Of a stretch of 64,000 bases of DNA, positions 1 to 11,000 are shown piece by piece. Position 1 is the stretch's first letter. Each line of letters starts with the position of its first letter. The notes under the pieces were generated by a model. That model saw nothing but the letters and a program-made list of their open reading frames with translations, was not told where the DNA came from and searched no databases. Location: positions 29,685 to 93,684 of IMG/VR virus record IMGVR_UViG_3300048672_001165; one strand, written 5' to 3'. The position numbers and the translations under genes were made by a program. The stretch is from a virus.

Positions 1-704
1 TACTCTTCTCGGCCGTAGGAGCCGTCAGCTTCTTTCACTTGAATGTGCGGATCAATTTCATCAGCTTTCTTTGTGGTACGAAAAGCTTCTAAAGAAAGAC
101 CACGCACTTTTTCTTTATTAGAATCCGTACCGCTTCCCAAGATACCTGTGTTACGGGGCAGACCCTCAGGCGTCACGTAAGGTGAGAGATCACTCTCAGA
201 CGCGATGCTGATGGAGCCGTTGATGAATGCATCAATGGCGTTCTCAGGAATGACAGCAATCGGGTAGCTGCCCTTTTCCCCTAGGATATCTCGAAGGATT
301 TCAGGAAGCAATGTTTTGACTTTGTACTCTTGCTCAAAGTGAGTCGTGATCTCCTGGATCAACGTACTCGCTAGTTCACTGGTCACGATGTCGCGGGGCG
401 GTTTATAACCCACTTCCGTTGTGACCATATCGGCAGGAGCCAGAATAGAACTCACCAAGATCCTCAAGCCCATGTCCAAGTCAGGAAGGATCTTGAGAAC
501 AGTCGCCGCATCAGCGTTTTGCTTACCGCGCCGAGCAGACTTGCGCTTATAAATCGATAGATCAGGAATCGCCGTTTGACGATTACCTTGATTATCTCGT
601 ACAGTTACAGTGCGGTCATTCGGTACCGCCTTGGACAGCATAGCTGCTGTCTGGGGATCTGAACGCACAAACCTGGAGAACAGAAAATCATTGTCAGTTG
701 TCAT
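1..704 (-). CDS. Portal protein (phiKZ gp129-like), N-terminal part; runs off the window edge
   Basis: Manual translation from ATG at 704: MTTDNDFLFSRFVRSDPQTAAMLSK...LKILPDLDMGLRILVSSILAPADM...GSYPIAVIPENAIDAFING. The LPD..IL.SSIL.P.DM and GSYP.AVIPEN motifs and the divergent orientation to the next gene match phiKZ-like portals. Not in the ORF track because it is truncated. Confidence 0.75.
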   Translation of the reverse strand, partial: MTTDNDFLFSRFVRSDPQTAAMLSKAVPNDRTVTVRDNQGNRQTAIPDLSIYKRKSARRGKQNADAATVLKILPDLDMGLRILVSSILAPADMVTTEVGYKPPRDIVTSELASTLIQEITTHFEQEYKVKTLLPEILRDILGEKGSYPIAVIPENAIDAFINGSISIASESDLSPYVTPEGLPRNTGILGSGTDSNKEKVRGLSLEAFRTTKKADEIDPHIQVKEADGSYGREE

Positions 705-814
705 GGGTAAGTCACCGCGTGAGTGTAAACAAACAAGTAAGAACTAATAAGAGACTAATATATTTTGTATAGAATTCATTTTTTATTCTTTTTCATTTTT
801 GAAAGATGTGATGT

Positions 815-3007
815 ATGAGTAACACCACACAGTACTACCCACTGTACCAGCAAGCAACCCGGTCTTTAGTCAAGACCATGGTGATCAAATATGGTTCAGT
901 GGCTGCAGCCTACAACCTAGGGCTGCAAGAAAACAATCCGCGTGCCTATATTGACACTGCAGATGAACGCACCTGGCGTTATTATCAAAACATTGCGGGC
1001 ATTTACCATACCACTGATACGGTGATGGACGTCATCTCACTTGACACCAATACACCGATCACGTTTGATAAAACAACACTTCAAACGCATCCCCAAACAA
1101 AAGAAGCTTACCTCTTTGGTTCAGCGCTCCATGCTGAACTCATCAGTAAGTATCCTCAGCAAATCAATTTGATCTTAGGTATTTTATATGCCCCTGATCG
1201 AACCTCTTTCATTGATGAGGTTGTCAATGCCGCTGATGGTACCTTGCTGTACTTTGATACACGCTTTGTAGAGCCTCAAGAACATAGCCTCATCTATACG
1301 CTGCAGCAGTGGCTCTACAGTTACACTAAGCGCTGGTACAATGCCGACTACGCTCGCATTGATAACCTCTACATGGCTGACTTCATGTGGAAGCTGTCAT
1401 ACCACGTGGCTCAAAAACTCTACACAGTCAGGCAAAAGAACTCCAAGACTGAACAAGCTCACACGTTCTACGTGAGGCAATACTTAGCAAGCCATGGTGC
1501 ACTTGACCTGTATATGGATTTGCTCACCCAAGAGCAAATCATTTTCCTCTACAGAAATATTCTCTATATTGAAAACCACTCAGGAAGACAAGAAGTCTTC
1601 TACTGGCTGGTAGAGAACTTGATGACGGTGAGAAACCTGCCTCTATTTGAGTACAAAGTCAATCACAATCTCTTCTATCAAATCCCCAGCGTGGATAACA
1701 ACGGCAGTGAGTCGTTTACACCTGTGCCTTACTTTAAGCGTAAAGCCATTAATTTTACAGAGTTGGCTCTGGCAGGTGCAGAAGTGTCTTACCCGGCTAT
1801 GTTGGCTAAGCTAGACGCTGCTAATGAACACAATGCTCGCTACCACGTTGACCACTATAGCGACATCTATAAAAAGCTAGTCTACTCTAAATCTAGCGTC
1901 ATCCGCACTAAGATCCTAGAGTCTACGCTAGTCGACAACAGTAAAGCAGTGCCTTATCCTTTGGAGGACATGCTAGTCAACCACTGGATGGCTTGGGCTT
2001 GTCAAGGGGTCTATACCGCTCGCGCTACCCTCAGACTTCCTGGTACCAAGAAAGATTATACGCTTTCAGCAGAAGAGCTGCTGGTGCTGATGGTGTACTC
2101 AGAAGCCAAGCTGCTAGGCACAACGCTCACCACCATTCCTACGTTTTATGCTAGCCGCGTCATTCGCCCTGTTGCACCCACATTGCAAGAGCTACAAAGC
2201 GTAGTGAGTTCTTCGTTTGTAGAAGATGCTCTACTGACTCAAGTGTTGTCCACTTGGCGCGCAACAACGCCTATAACCAGCGTGAATCAATTCTACCAAA
2301 AGGTGTCTGAATTGTGTTTACAAACACTGGTTCACCACAAACTGACCTACGGGCAAGGTAATCAAAACGCTAAAGTCCAAATGCAAATTGCATGCAGCAG
2401 GCTGTTTGAAGATGTCAATCTCAGCAGTCAATACACAGGTCAAACGTACGATTCTTTCTTGACGACTCGTGGTTTAGCAGATGACTACTTTACGACTACA
2501 ACATCTGTAGACCTCAAGAATGCAATTGTGGACTTGATCTCCAACTACCAGCTTAATGCGTCTTCAACGCAAAAAGCCGTGCAACGAGCCATGATCAAGA
2601 TCTTCTCACAACTCACGTCTTATTCGACGCTGATTGTGGGCGACATGCTTGATACCGCTATTGACAGCGGGCAAGGTCTGCTCACAGGTGTACAACAATG
2701 GGTAGGTGGTGGATTAGACCACCAAGCTGTTCGTGTTTATCCCCTCAATGAGTTTACCAACGACGCTAGCGCAGCCGATAGAAACATCGTTGAGGTAGAA
2801 GCTTTAGTCGCCAACATCCGCTCTTCTGCTAGCAGTAATCAACAAACACTTGACCTACCAGTGACCACTGTGACGCAACAATCTATCACAGGTGTACAGC
2901 GCATGTGGGTAGACAACAACATTCCGACGGTCTTGAGTCTAGGCGACTATTATGACCAATACGATTTACTGAGCCCTGCTCAGAAGCAAGTCCTTTACCA
3001 AGCGTAA
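815..3007 (+). CDS. Virion structural protein (phiKZ gp128-like, probable baseplate component)
   Basis: 730 aa, divergent from the portal; WRYYQNIAGIYH..D and LYRNILYIENHSG motifs recalled from phiKZ-like structural proteins. Confidence 0.65.
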   Translation: MSNTTQYYPLYQQATRSLVKTMVIKYGSVAAAYNLGLQENNPRAYIDTADERTWRYYQNIAGIYHTTDTVMDVISLDTNTPITFDKTTLQTHPQTKEAYLFGSALHAELISKYPQQINLILGILYAPDRTSFIDEVVNAADGTLLYFDTRFVEPQEHSLIYTLQQWLYSYTKRWYNADYARIDNLYMADFMWKLSYHVAQKLYTVRQKNSKTEQAHTFYVRQYLASHGALDLYMDLLTQEQIIFLYRNILYIENHSGRQEVFYWLVENLMTVRNLPLFEYKVNHNLFYQIPSVDNNGSESFTPVPYFKRKAINFTELALAGAEVSYPAMLAKLDAANEHNARYHVDHYSDIYKKLVYSKSSVIRTKILESTLVDNSKAVPYPLEDMLVNHWMAWACQGVYTARATLRLPGTKKDYTLSAEELLVLMVYSEAKLLGTTLTTIPTFYASRVIRPVAPTLQELQSVVSSSFVEDALLTQVLSTWRATTPITSVNQFYQKVSELCLQTLVHHKLTYGQGNQNAKVQMQIACSRLFEDVNLSSQYTGQTYDSFLTTRGLADDYFTTTTSVDLKNAIVDLISNYQLNASSTQKAVQRAMIKIFSQLTSYSTLIVGDMLDTAIDSGQGLLTGVQQWVGGGLDHQAVRVYPLNEFTNDASAADRNIVEVEALVANIRSSASSNQQTLDLPVTTVTQQSITGVQRMWVDNNIPTVLSLGDYYDQYDLLSPAQKQVLYQA

Positions 3008-3043
3008 TTTTCTTTTTTAGTTCTGACAAGGAGTCAGTTTGTT

Positions 3044-3898
3044 ATGCAAAACGTCGTTCCCACCATCCTGGCTGCAGCTCTGCAAAGTGCTCTGTACATG
3101 GGTAAAACTCATGTCATCGAAGCCAACACCACCCTCAATGAAAAGCTGGGCATCCTGCCTGGTACGCTGCCTCCCAACGGTGTCAACCCTATCCTGGGCT
3201 ATCTGGCTATTGGCTTTGGCGGCCACCGCTTTACTGCTGGTGCAAACGGAATCGGCTTCCCCCAACCATACCAGCACGAAGCCACTGACTTTGCCCTGTT
3301 CGATCAAACCCCTTTCGTTTTGCGTGCGCTGAACAACGACTTGGACGCTCCGACGCGCGCCAAGTACGCAGGTCGAAAGATCATGACGGTTGGTGGTGTG
3401 GACTATATTGCTTACATGCTGCGCCGCATTGACCTGACCAACGCGACCATTGTTTCCAAGATCCGCACCGCGACCGGTCAAGCAGCTCCCGCCTATACGG
3501 AAGTGACGTTTACGCCGTCCGCCAGCAACCTCTCGCCTACACCGCAAGTGATCAGCCCGACGGGCGCCAATGTCATTTCACCCGACTCGGTGGTGGCTAC
3601 TGCTCCTGCATCGATTGGCATGACAGCCGACGAGGCAGCCGAATACGTCAATGCCATCAGCATTCTGACGGGTGACCCGAACCTAGCCATCATTTCTGAA
3701 ATGGCGCTGTGTTCGGGCGTAGACAAGTCTATCACCATCACCACTGGCGGTGCTACCGTGGCATTCAACGAAGCCATCGGTGTGCAAATCAATCATCACC
3801 TGGCCGTGTTCTATTCAATGGTCTATACCAACCAAGGTATCAGCAAGGTGGTGGATCTGGGCGCTAACTCGCCACTGTACAACCTGACGCCGGCATAA
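3044..3898 (+). CDS. Conserved phiKZ-like virion structural protein
   Basis: 284 aa with AGGAG RBS; NTTLNEKLGI and YLAIGFGGH motifs; lies between the gp128-like gene and RuvC. Confidence 0.6.
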   Translation: MQNVVPTILAAALQSALYMGKTHVIEANTTLNEKLGILPGTLPPNGVNPILGYLAIGFGGHRFTAGANGIGFPQPYQHEATDFALFDQTPFVLRALNNDLDAPTRAKYAGRKIMTVGGVDYIAYMLRRIDLTNATIVSKIRTATGQAAPAYTEVTFTPSASNLSPTPQVISPTGANVISPDSVVATAPASIGMTADEAAEYVNAISILTGDPNLAIISEMALCSGVDKSITITTGGATVAFNEAIGVQINHHLAVFYSMVYTNQGISKVVDLGANSPLYNLTPA

Positions 3899-3937
3899 AG
3901 CCGCCTAAGAGTAGTACCTGATAAAAGGTACTACTCT
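3891..3937. terminator. CGGCATAAA motif plus 12-bp hairpin
   Basis: CGGCATAAAG overlaps the stop codon; AGAGTAGTACCT (3908-3919) pairs with AGGTACTACTCT (3926-3937). Confidence 0.7.
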
Positions 3938-3952
3938 GACTACTTACTTTAA

Positions 3953-4579
3953 ATGACATCCCACATGCTTTATTTACCTCCCCATGAACAAACAGATCTT
4001 TGTATTATAGGCATTGATCCAGGTAGTGAAACCTTAGGTGTTTGTGAACTCAGGTTCACACCACAAAACTACCAAGTCACCGCAATTAAACCGTTCACGT
4101 TTCATGCCAGCAAGTTAGAGTTTAACTTGCAATTTTTTGAAGTCCACGGTAACCGCCTTCAACGCATCTTTGCGCTACAGCAAGCACTGACTCATCTATT
4201 TACTCAGCTCAGACCCAGCGTCATCGGCTCAGAGTCACCGTTTATGAGTATTCGACGACCACAAGCGTATGGCGCTTTAGTGGAAGTTGTGTGTGCTATT
4301 CAGCAAGCTGTTGTGAACTATAACCCGTATCAATCGTTGCATATGGTTGAACCCCCTCGGGTAAAGAATGCCGTCGGTGCTAAAGGTAACGCAGATAAAG
4401 ATGCGGTACGTTCAGCGATGAGTCAAAACATAGAGATCATGTCAACGCTACAAACCCCTTTATCATCTCTGGATGAACACAGCGTGGATGCCACGGCTGT
4501 GGCTTATTCCATCTTGCAAAGTTATCGCACGCCTGCTTGTGTAGACATGTCTACGCAAGTGGCCCCGTTTTCGTATTAG
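3953..4579 (+). CDS. ruvC: RuvC-like Holliday junction resolvase
   Basis: RuvC catalytic motifs IIGIDPGS, IGSESPF, VKNAVG..GNADK and DEHSVDATAVA. Confidence 0.9.
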   Translation: MTSHMLYLPPHEQTDLCIIGIDPGSETLGVCELRFTPQNYQVTAIKPFTFHASKLEFNLQFFEVHGNRLQRIFALQQALTHLFTQLRPSVIGSESPFMSIRRPQAYGALVEVVCAIQQAVVNYNPYQSLHMVEPPRVKNAVGAKGNADKDAVRSAMSQNIEIMSTLQTPLSSLDEHSVDATAVAYSILQSYRTPACVDMSTQVAPFSY

Positions 4580-4612
4580 GTCTTCTTCTAAATCTTTTCA
4601 AAGTCTGCCATC

Positions 4613-5329
4613 ATGAACGCCCCCGTGTATGCCCACATCCCTGAAACTCACCTCAAGCCTCTGCGCCCCGAAGACCTGCGTCGTCGCGCCCCGCTGGTGG
4701 GTGCAAGCGGGCATCGCTATGGCGACATGACCCTCAACCCCCACTTCCACGATCTCGTGGCAGGTGGCCCGGTGATGCTGTTTCGCCGCATGCCCAAAGC
4801 TGCCAACTTCTACCACGACCCAGACTGCGAGTGGTACAAGATCATGGGTCAAGCTTTGATCAAGCATTCGGTCCGTGTGAAGTTTGACCCCTATATCCTG
4901 TTCGCCCTTTTCATGAATTTTATCCTTGCAAAGCTTTTCATGTTGAAGCAAAACCAACAAAACATCCTGGCCTACGTTGTGACCGCTTTCTTCCTCACCG
5001 TCACGTACATGTTTGGCCTGAACCAAGCTGACATCCAAACTCAACAACAAGTGACTATCGGTCAAATGCAGATGCAAGCAGAACGTGCTGCTGCGACACT
5101 GCAAATCAAAGAAACAGTCATTGACCAACAAGACAAGCAGCTGCGTTTAGCAGGACAAAACATCGACGAGTTGTCCAAGAAAATGGCTCAACTTGAAGCT
5201 GATGTGAAACAAGCCCAGGCGACTCAACTCAGGATGATGCAGGACATGACGGCTGCATTACTCTCAGGTGAACCCGATGCCCGCCTCAAGAAAAAGATGA
5301 GGTCATACATTCGGTCTCCACAGAGTTGA
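4613..5329 (+). CDS. Hypothetical membrane protein with C-terminal coiled coil
   Basis: Two hydrophobic segments (YILFALFMNFILAKLF; ILAYVVTAFFLTVTYMFG), then a Q/L-rich heptad region. Confidence 0.55.
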   Translation: MNAPVYAHIPETHLKPLRPEDLRRRAPLVGASGHRYGDMTLNPHFHDLVAGGPVMLFRRMPKAANFYHDPDCEWYKIMGQALIKHSVRVKFDPYILFALFMNFILAKLFMLKQNQQNILAYVVTAFFLTVTYMFGLNQADIQTQQQVTIGQMQMQAERAAATLQIKETVIDQQDKQLRLAGQNIDELSKKMAQLEADVKQAQATQLRMMQDMTAALLSGEPDARLKKKMRSYIRSPQS

Positions 5330-5368
5330 CCTCGACAAAAATATTTATCCACTCAAAAGGTCTCACCG

Positions 5369-5647
5369 ATGCCCAGAGAACACTATCCACAAACTGATAC
5401 AGACTTTGACCGCACGGTAGGGTACGAGCAAGAAAAAGCTCGTATCCGTAAATCCGAGCTGCTTTGGAGGTTTCTCCTAAAGAGCGGTTTTGTAGCTATG
5501 ATTTTTATCTTCAGTATCATCACTATCGTTATTGTTTTGGAGTATGTTCATCCAGCTCAACCTTCTGCTTCTAAACAAATGCTGGACATTGTGTCGCAAT
5601 TGTTGGACATCGTGAAGGTCATGTTCACACTTTCTGTAGATTCATAA
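5369..5647 (+). CDS. Small membrane protein
   Basis: 92 aa; one strong TM segment (GFVAMIFIFSIITIVIVL) plus an amphipathic C-terminus. Confidence 0.6.
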   Translation: MPREHYPQTDTDFDRTVGYEQEKARIRKSELLWRFLLKSGFVAMIFIFSIITIVIVLEYVHPAQPSASKQMLDIVSQLLDIVKVMFTLSVDS

Positions 5648-5657
5648 AAGGACACGC

Positions 5658-6335
5658 ATGTCACGTCGCACACTAGGCGCTTTGGCGCGAGAAGCTTTTG
5701 CTCGTGAAGAAGAGGCTGACGGCACTCGCCAGTTTGAAATTGAATATGTGTACTACGGCAAGATCATTGATCCGGCTATTCTAGACCGAGCAACGCTTGT
5801 TGAAGACCAAGAACAGTGGGAAATTAAGATTCCCAAAACAGACAAGAACGCCACAAGTGGGCGCCAGCGTATACGCAAAGTCCACACGGTCACCAACTCT
5901 ACTGTATCGCCGACTCCTAAGTACGAACTCACCACCAAGATTCAACTTGAGCAAGCAGACCCCAGTGGCCAAAACCGTCCCAACGTCGAAACTGAAATTA
6001 CGGTGGAAGCCAGCCCGGCTTTGTTTGAAGTTTACGAACGAATGGCTGAATGCGGTATGCACAAGCGCCGCTACACCGTTCCCATTCCCAACTCCGATCT
6101 GTCTTGGCAGATCGATCGCTTCTACCAAGCGGATGGCACATTGTCCGCGTGGTGCAAAATCGACATCGAAGTCAAACGCCGTGATCAAGCGATCCCTCAA
6201 GAAGTCCCAGGCCTTGACCACCTGATCACCAATCAAAAAGGTTTTCAAACCGATGAAGAGCGCGCTCAAATTCAAGAACTGTACACCAGCGTCTTTTTGA
6301 TGCAAAACAAGTTTGTGCGAGCAGTTGCCGCTTAA
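5658..6335 (+). CDS. CYTH/triphosphate-tunnel-fold protein
   Basis: N-terminal ExE strand (FEIEYVY), R.R.R, KRRY, W.IDRF and IDIEV motifs of the CYTH superfamily. Confidence 0.65.
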   Translation: MSRRTLGALAREAFAREEEADGTRQFEIEYVYYGKIIDPAILDRATLVEDQEQWEIKIPKTDKNATSGRQRIRKVHTVTNSTVSPTPKYELTTKIQLEQADPSGQNRPNVETEITVEASPALFEVYERMAECGMHKRRYTVPIPNSDLSWQIDRFYQADGTLSAWCKIDIEVKRRDQAIPQEVPGLDHLITNQKGFQTDEERAQIQELYTSVFLMQNKFVRAVAA

Positions 6336-6354
6336 GGCAGCTGATCTTTCTTCC

Positions 6355-6423
6355 AAGAGGACTACATCACTTGGCCTATACTGCTCAGGTGTGTAGTTCT
6401 CTTTGACCGGGCTTTTATGCCGC
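6355..6423 (+). terminator. Long hairpin followed by TTTTATGCCGC
   Basis: AAGAGGACTACA...TGTAGTTCTCTT stem, then TTTTATGCCGC at 6413-6423. Confidence 0.6.
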
Positions 6424-6548
6424 TTCATAATTTGACCTTACCTTTTGAGGGTAAGATGTATGCTCAAAACCACTCACCTCACAGCGTGGTTTTGAGTGAC
6501 GCTAGACTCACGACTATTCATTTGTTTTAGACCCTAAAGGACTTCTCA

Positions 6549-8039
6549 ATGACGCTCGCTTTTGATCCGACAGGCCAATCTGCAGCCAACCTGATCATGT
6601 CGGAACAAGTGGTTCCGACGCTGCTGAGTAACGGCTACTCATTTTCTTACGCCATTCTTGCAAATGCGCCAGCTATTGGAGACAGCATTCGCATCAAGGT
6701 AGCTTCTGTTGCGAATGCTGCCAACTACAAAATCTTGAACATGGGTGTGGACTATGAACCAGCATTTGCTTTCCAAGCAGCCATGGGTAAAACCAATCTG
6801 CCTGTGTATGGCGGTGTGCGGTTTATCAATACTGCACTGAGTACGCTGATTGGCTCTACAGGCGTGGCACTGGGCGCGTATATTGTTTATGTGACATACC
6901 AGTCGATGGGGGGTAACTTTGCAGCGTCCCCGATTCAAATGGCAGCTATCTTGGCAGCCAATAAAAATACTGACCCCACGGTTGTGACATGGGAAGGTGC
7001 GTTCGCCAGCATCAACTTGTCTCTTGCGACAATGCCTGCGAGTGACTATGCTTGGCAGCTGGCTAATGTTGATACCGTCAAAAACGCTATTGCTGAGCTG
7101 GAAAAGCTAGGCTTGGTCGTACACATGCGACCTCGCTTTCTTTCTCAACCTAACCAAACGGTTTACATTCCAACCGCTCAAGAAGTGGGCCTTGGTAATG
7201 TCAGCAACTTCCCCGTGGCTACCCAAGCACAAGCCCGTACAGGTCACGCCCAAAGCTACATGACGCCTGAGCGTACGGTCGACGCGGTGGTCTATCAGCT
7301 CACGCAGCTGCTGGCGTCGATGGGCTACAACGTCCCTATCACCTACACTGCGGGACTGCCTGTCAGTAACCCGTCTACCAGTTACCTCTATGATGGTAAC
7401 ATTTACGTGATGCGCCAAGGCGTTGCTCCTTTTACCAGCAGCGGCACGTTTGAGTATAACAGGTTTGTGACCATTGCTTCTCTGGTGCGTGATACGTGGC
7501 AAGCTGTCACCTATACAGTCACAGGCGCTGAAAATCTCGGCCCTTCTGGAGAAACGCTTGCTCCGCTAGGCACCAACATCACAACCCGCTGCCATCTGCA
7601 CGCCATCCTCAACTACAACATCGAGTTGGTGGAAGGTGAAGAAGTTCACCTGGACGGCAATACCCTGGTCATCACGTTCCCAGTCGTTGCTGGGGATGTG
7701 ATCAAAGTCATCTATAAACCCATCAAGTCTAAGCAGTCTGACGATGTGAATGTTTACCGCACGTTCAAAGTCACAGCTGCAGGTCAACAGGTCTTTCAAG
7801 TCGGTAATCTACAAACTGCGTCGACCAGTGACTACCGCGTCACTGTCAATGATTGGTTGATCCTAGACCCTGCTCAAGGGCAATACACTCTGACCAACCA
7901 GGGCGGCATATTGGGCTACGCCCTCAACCTCGCTTACCCTCTTCAGGTAGGGGACGTGATTGAGTTTGAAAATGAAGACTCACTGCCCAGCATGGGTAAA
8001 CAAGCGTTGCGCGCTGTGTTGCTGGCTCGTACTCTTTAA
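6549..8039 (+). CDS. Virion tail/baseplate-associated fibre protein
   Basis: N-terminal FDPTGQSAANLI (jumbo-phage fibre/baseplate motif) and VGLGNVSNFPVATQAQA fibre motif; YTAGL...YDGNIY...PFTSSGTF module resembles the tail-spike N-terminal domain. Confidence 0.65.
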   Translation: MTLAFDPTGQSAANLIMSEQVVPTLLSNGYSFSYAILANAPAIGDSIRIKVASVANAANYKILNMGVDYEPAFAFQAAMGKTNLPVYGGVRFINTALSTLIGSTGVALGAYIVYVTYQSMGGNFAASPIQMAAILAANKNTDPTVVTWEGAFASINLSLATMPASDYAWQLANVDTVKNAIAELEKLGLVVHMRPRFLSQPNQTVYIPTAQEVGLGNVSNFPVATQAQARTGHAQSYMTPERTVDAVVYQLTQLLASMGYNVPITYTAGLPVSNPSTSYLYDGNIYVMRQGVAPFTSSGTFEYNRFVTIASLVRDTWQAVTYTVTGAENLGPSGETLAPLGTNITTRCHLHAILNYNIELVEGEEVHLDGNTLVITFPVVAGDVIKVIYKPIKSKQSDDVNVYRTFKVTAAGQQVFQVGNLQTASTSDYRVTVNDWLILDPAQGQYTLTNQGGILGYALNLAYPLQVGDVIEFENEDSLPSMGKQALRAVLLARTL

Positions 8040-8063
8040 TCTTTTTAATAGAAAGTCTGTTCA

Positions 8064-11000
8064 ATGACAACCTATAGCCAACGAAGCCGAGACGGCCAGC
8101 CGTACGATTTCCCCCAAGGTTTTTCCCTAGGCGGCGTCAGTCTAGACGCAGATGACAGTACACGGTCTATCGGCCTACAAGTCCCGGGTCAAGATGCGAC
8201 CACGCTTTATACGTGGCTGGTACAAACCAGGCAACGCCTGAGCGCTGCACAACAAACACTTCCCTTTGCAACGCAGCAACAAATAACAGAAGGTGTCAGC
8301 AACGCTTTGTTGATCAGCCCGGCTTCTCTTAAGCAAGCGCTGGCTAGCCTCATTGGTGTAGCGCCTGTAGCGCTCGACAGCTTGGCAGAGTTTGCCGCAG
8401 CCATCGGAAATGATCCTAACTTGTCAACCACGGTTGATTCACAACTGGCTCAAAAGCTCAGTCTTTTAGGATCGACTGCAACCGGTCTGGCTGAAACACC
8501 GACACCAACCACCAACCTCAATAAAGCACAAGCCATCAACATCGAGTATTTGCTTGCTAAAATTGATGAAGCTCTGCTCAGTCTGAAAGCGTTGCCGAGT
8601 GCGCCTACACTGGACGGCTTAAGCCTAGCATTGATTGGTCAGACCTATACGCTTAACATGTCTGCTACCGCAGGTAGTGGCTTGACAATTGCTAGCTTTA
8701 ATGTGCTGATCAACGGTGGTAACTTACAAACGGTAGCTGCCACCAACGGCGCCGGTGTTCTTCAATGGACTGTCGTTGGTACTGAAAACCAAACGCTTAC
8801 TTTCAGTGTCGTGGCAGTTGATAACCGTGGCCGTACGGGCCCGTCTGCGACCCTGCAAGCCACCGCCACTGCAACAGCTATTTATACGCCTACCTTTGTC
8901 AGCCCTGCTCAGGATAACCAAGGTGGTCTATCTCCTCACCTGACCATTGAAACCAGTGCGTTCAGCTCCCCGTTTGTGAGCCAAACCCACGCCGCCACTG
9001 ATTGGGCCATCATCAATGTGTCTACAGGACAAGTGGACTGGCAGGCTTTAGCTGATACGGCTAACCTCACCACCCGAGCAATACCTCGCACGTATCTTAA
9101 GAACGCTACGCAGTATACCATCACGGTGCGTTACATCAGTGCATCAGGTCAGACCTCAAGCTGGGGAACGCTACACTTTGGCACTGCTGCTTCTCAAGCA
9201 GCGCCCTCGTCCGTGGCTGGTTTTGGATATGCCCTACCCGGCGAAAACTACGCTGCCACAGTCACGGCTGTGGCCTCTACTGCACTGGATACCACCATTG
9301 AGAGTTACTACTACTCTGTGGATAATGGTGTTACCAAGTTACCTAATTTGCTTGGTTCAGTCAACAATGTCATTGCGGCAGGATCAGACTTGACAGGTCT
9401 TTCTGGAACCATTGACATCCTCTTTTATGTTTACCGAAACTACTCTGGGTTTTCTCTGCCAGTTGCTAAATCGGTGGTAGTGGGCCAAACAACTGCTGGA
9501 GCTTTCCTGTTTCCTACAGAAGGCTTGACGGGGGTGAGTCAACACCCCACATTCACAGTGAGTTCATACACCAGCAACATCCCAACCGATAGTCACTTGT
9601 CCAGTACCTGGACAGTCACGGATGTAGCTTCTAATGAAGTCATTGATGAAATCCACAATAGTGTTTCTGCAAAAAACGCTTGGAGCCCCGTTGGGTTGAC
9701 GGCAGGTACACAGTACCGCGTATCGTGTATTCAGCACGGTACCATCTTTGTAGGCCTACCTGCCGTCACTGTGACGTGTACGACCACGACGACACCTGAG
9801 GCTTACTTGCCCAGCCAGGTCATTTCCACCACCAGTGAAAATAACGCCCAGATGGGCTTTAGTTTGTCGACCAATCAAGACGGCTCGTTGTTTGTTGCAG
9901 GTATTCCTGCTGCAACCATGTACACGTTCAGTACACCACACACCAACAGTGGCGCTGTTGATTTCATTAATACCGCCCTGGCGACGTCCATTAGAACCAT
10001 GTATGGTCTTAGTACGGACATCAATACGCCGATCATATACACGGGTTTAGCATCCGGCATGAATGTGTTTGGTAACGTCATGGTGTACAACACGCGTTTG
10101 CCTAACATTGTCATTGCCGGACGCAATTCATCAGGTACCATGGTGAGTACCTCTGACGTCTTGAACAGCGCCATCACGACTGGTGCGGATGGGTTGGCAT
10201 TTGTCAAGGGTTTTGCACAAACAGATATGGGTATTGACTTTGCTGTGAGTTCTGCAGCAGGTATCCAGTGGTTCCAAAACTCCTCTCTGGCAGCGACCAC
10301 CAGACCGTTCTTGTTGTCCAGCACAATTCCTCAAGACCCGCTGGGGTTGGGGATGTCGCTACAGAGTTATGGAGATAGTCTTTCCATCAGCGGAGATGGT
10401 AATCGCCTTGCTGTGAGTCTTCGTTGGGGTATCAATACCAACGTGGCCAGCCTGGTTGGGTTTGCCGTTTACGACTACAACTCAACCAACAATACGTGGT
10501 CTTCTCCTGTGATTAAAACAGGTATTGTCATGGGGGCGTGGAACTTACCCACTGAGTTCAGTGCCAGCAACTGGATGCAAATGAGCCGTGATGGTAAAGT
10601 CATTGCACTGGGTAACCCATGTAAGTTGTCTAACAATACAGGTAAAGGCGCTATCCAGTTTTGGGTCAGTGACCGAGGCTCTGACCTTTCAGGTGAGACC
10701 TGGACACTCCAGCAAACCCTGGAAGACGCTAGAGGCGATGCCATTGATGGCGGCATGTTTGGTTATAGCTTGGCCTTGTCATCTAACGGCAGTGTGCTGG
10801 TTGCAGCTTGTGCGGGTTATTTGAACGACAACGGCTGCGGTCGCGTAGACTTGCTGCTGCGCACAACCCCGACCTCACAAAGCTGGCGTCAAAAGAATTA
10901 CTCCATGGTGCCGACGGCAATCAATCCTGCTGAATTGACCAATGCTCACGTGGGCTCTGCCTTGACGATAAGTGCAGATGGTCGGGTAGCCATGGCGTCT

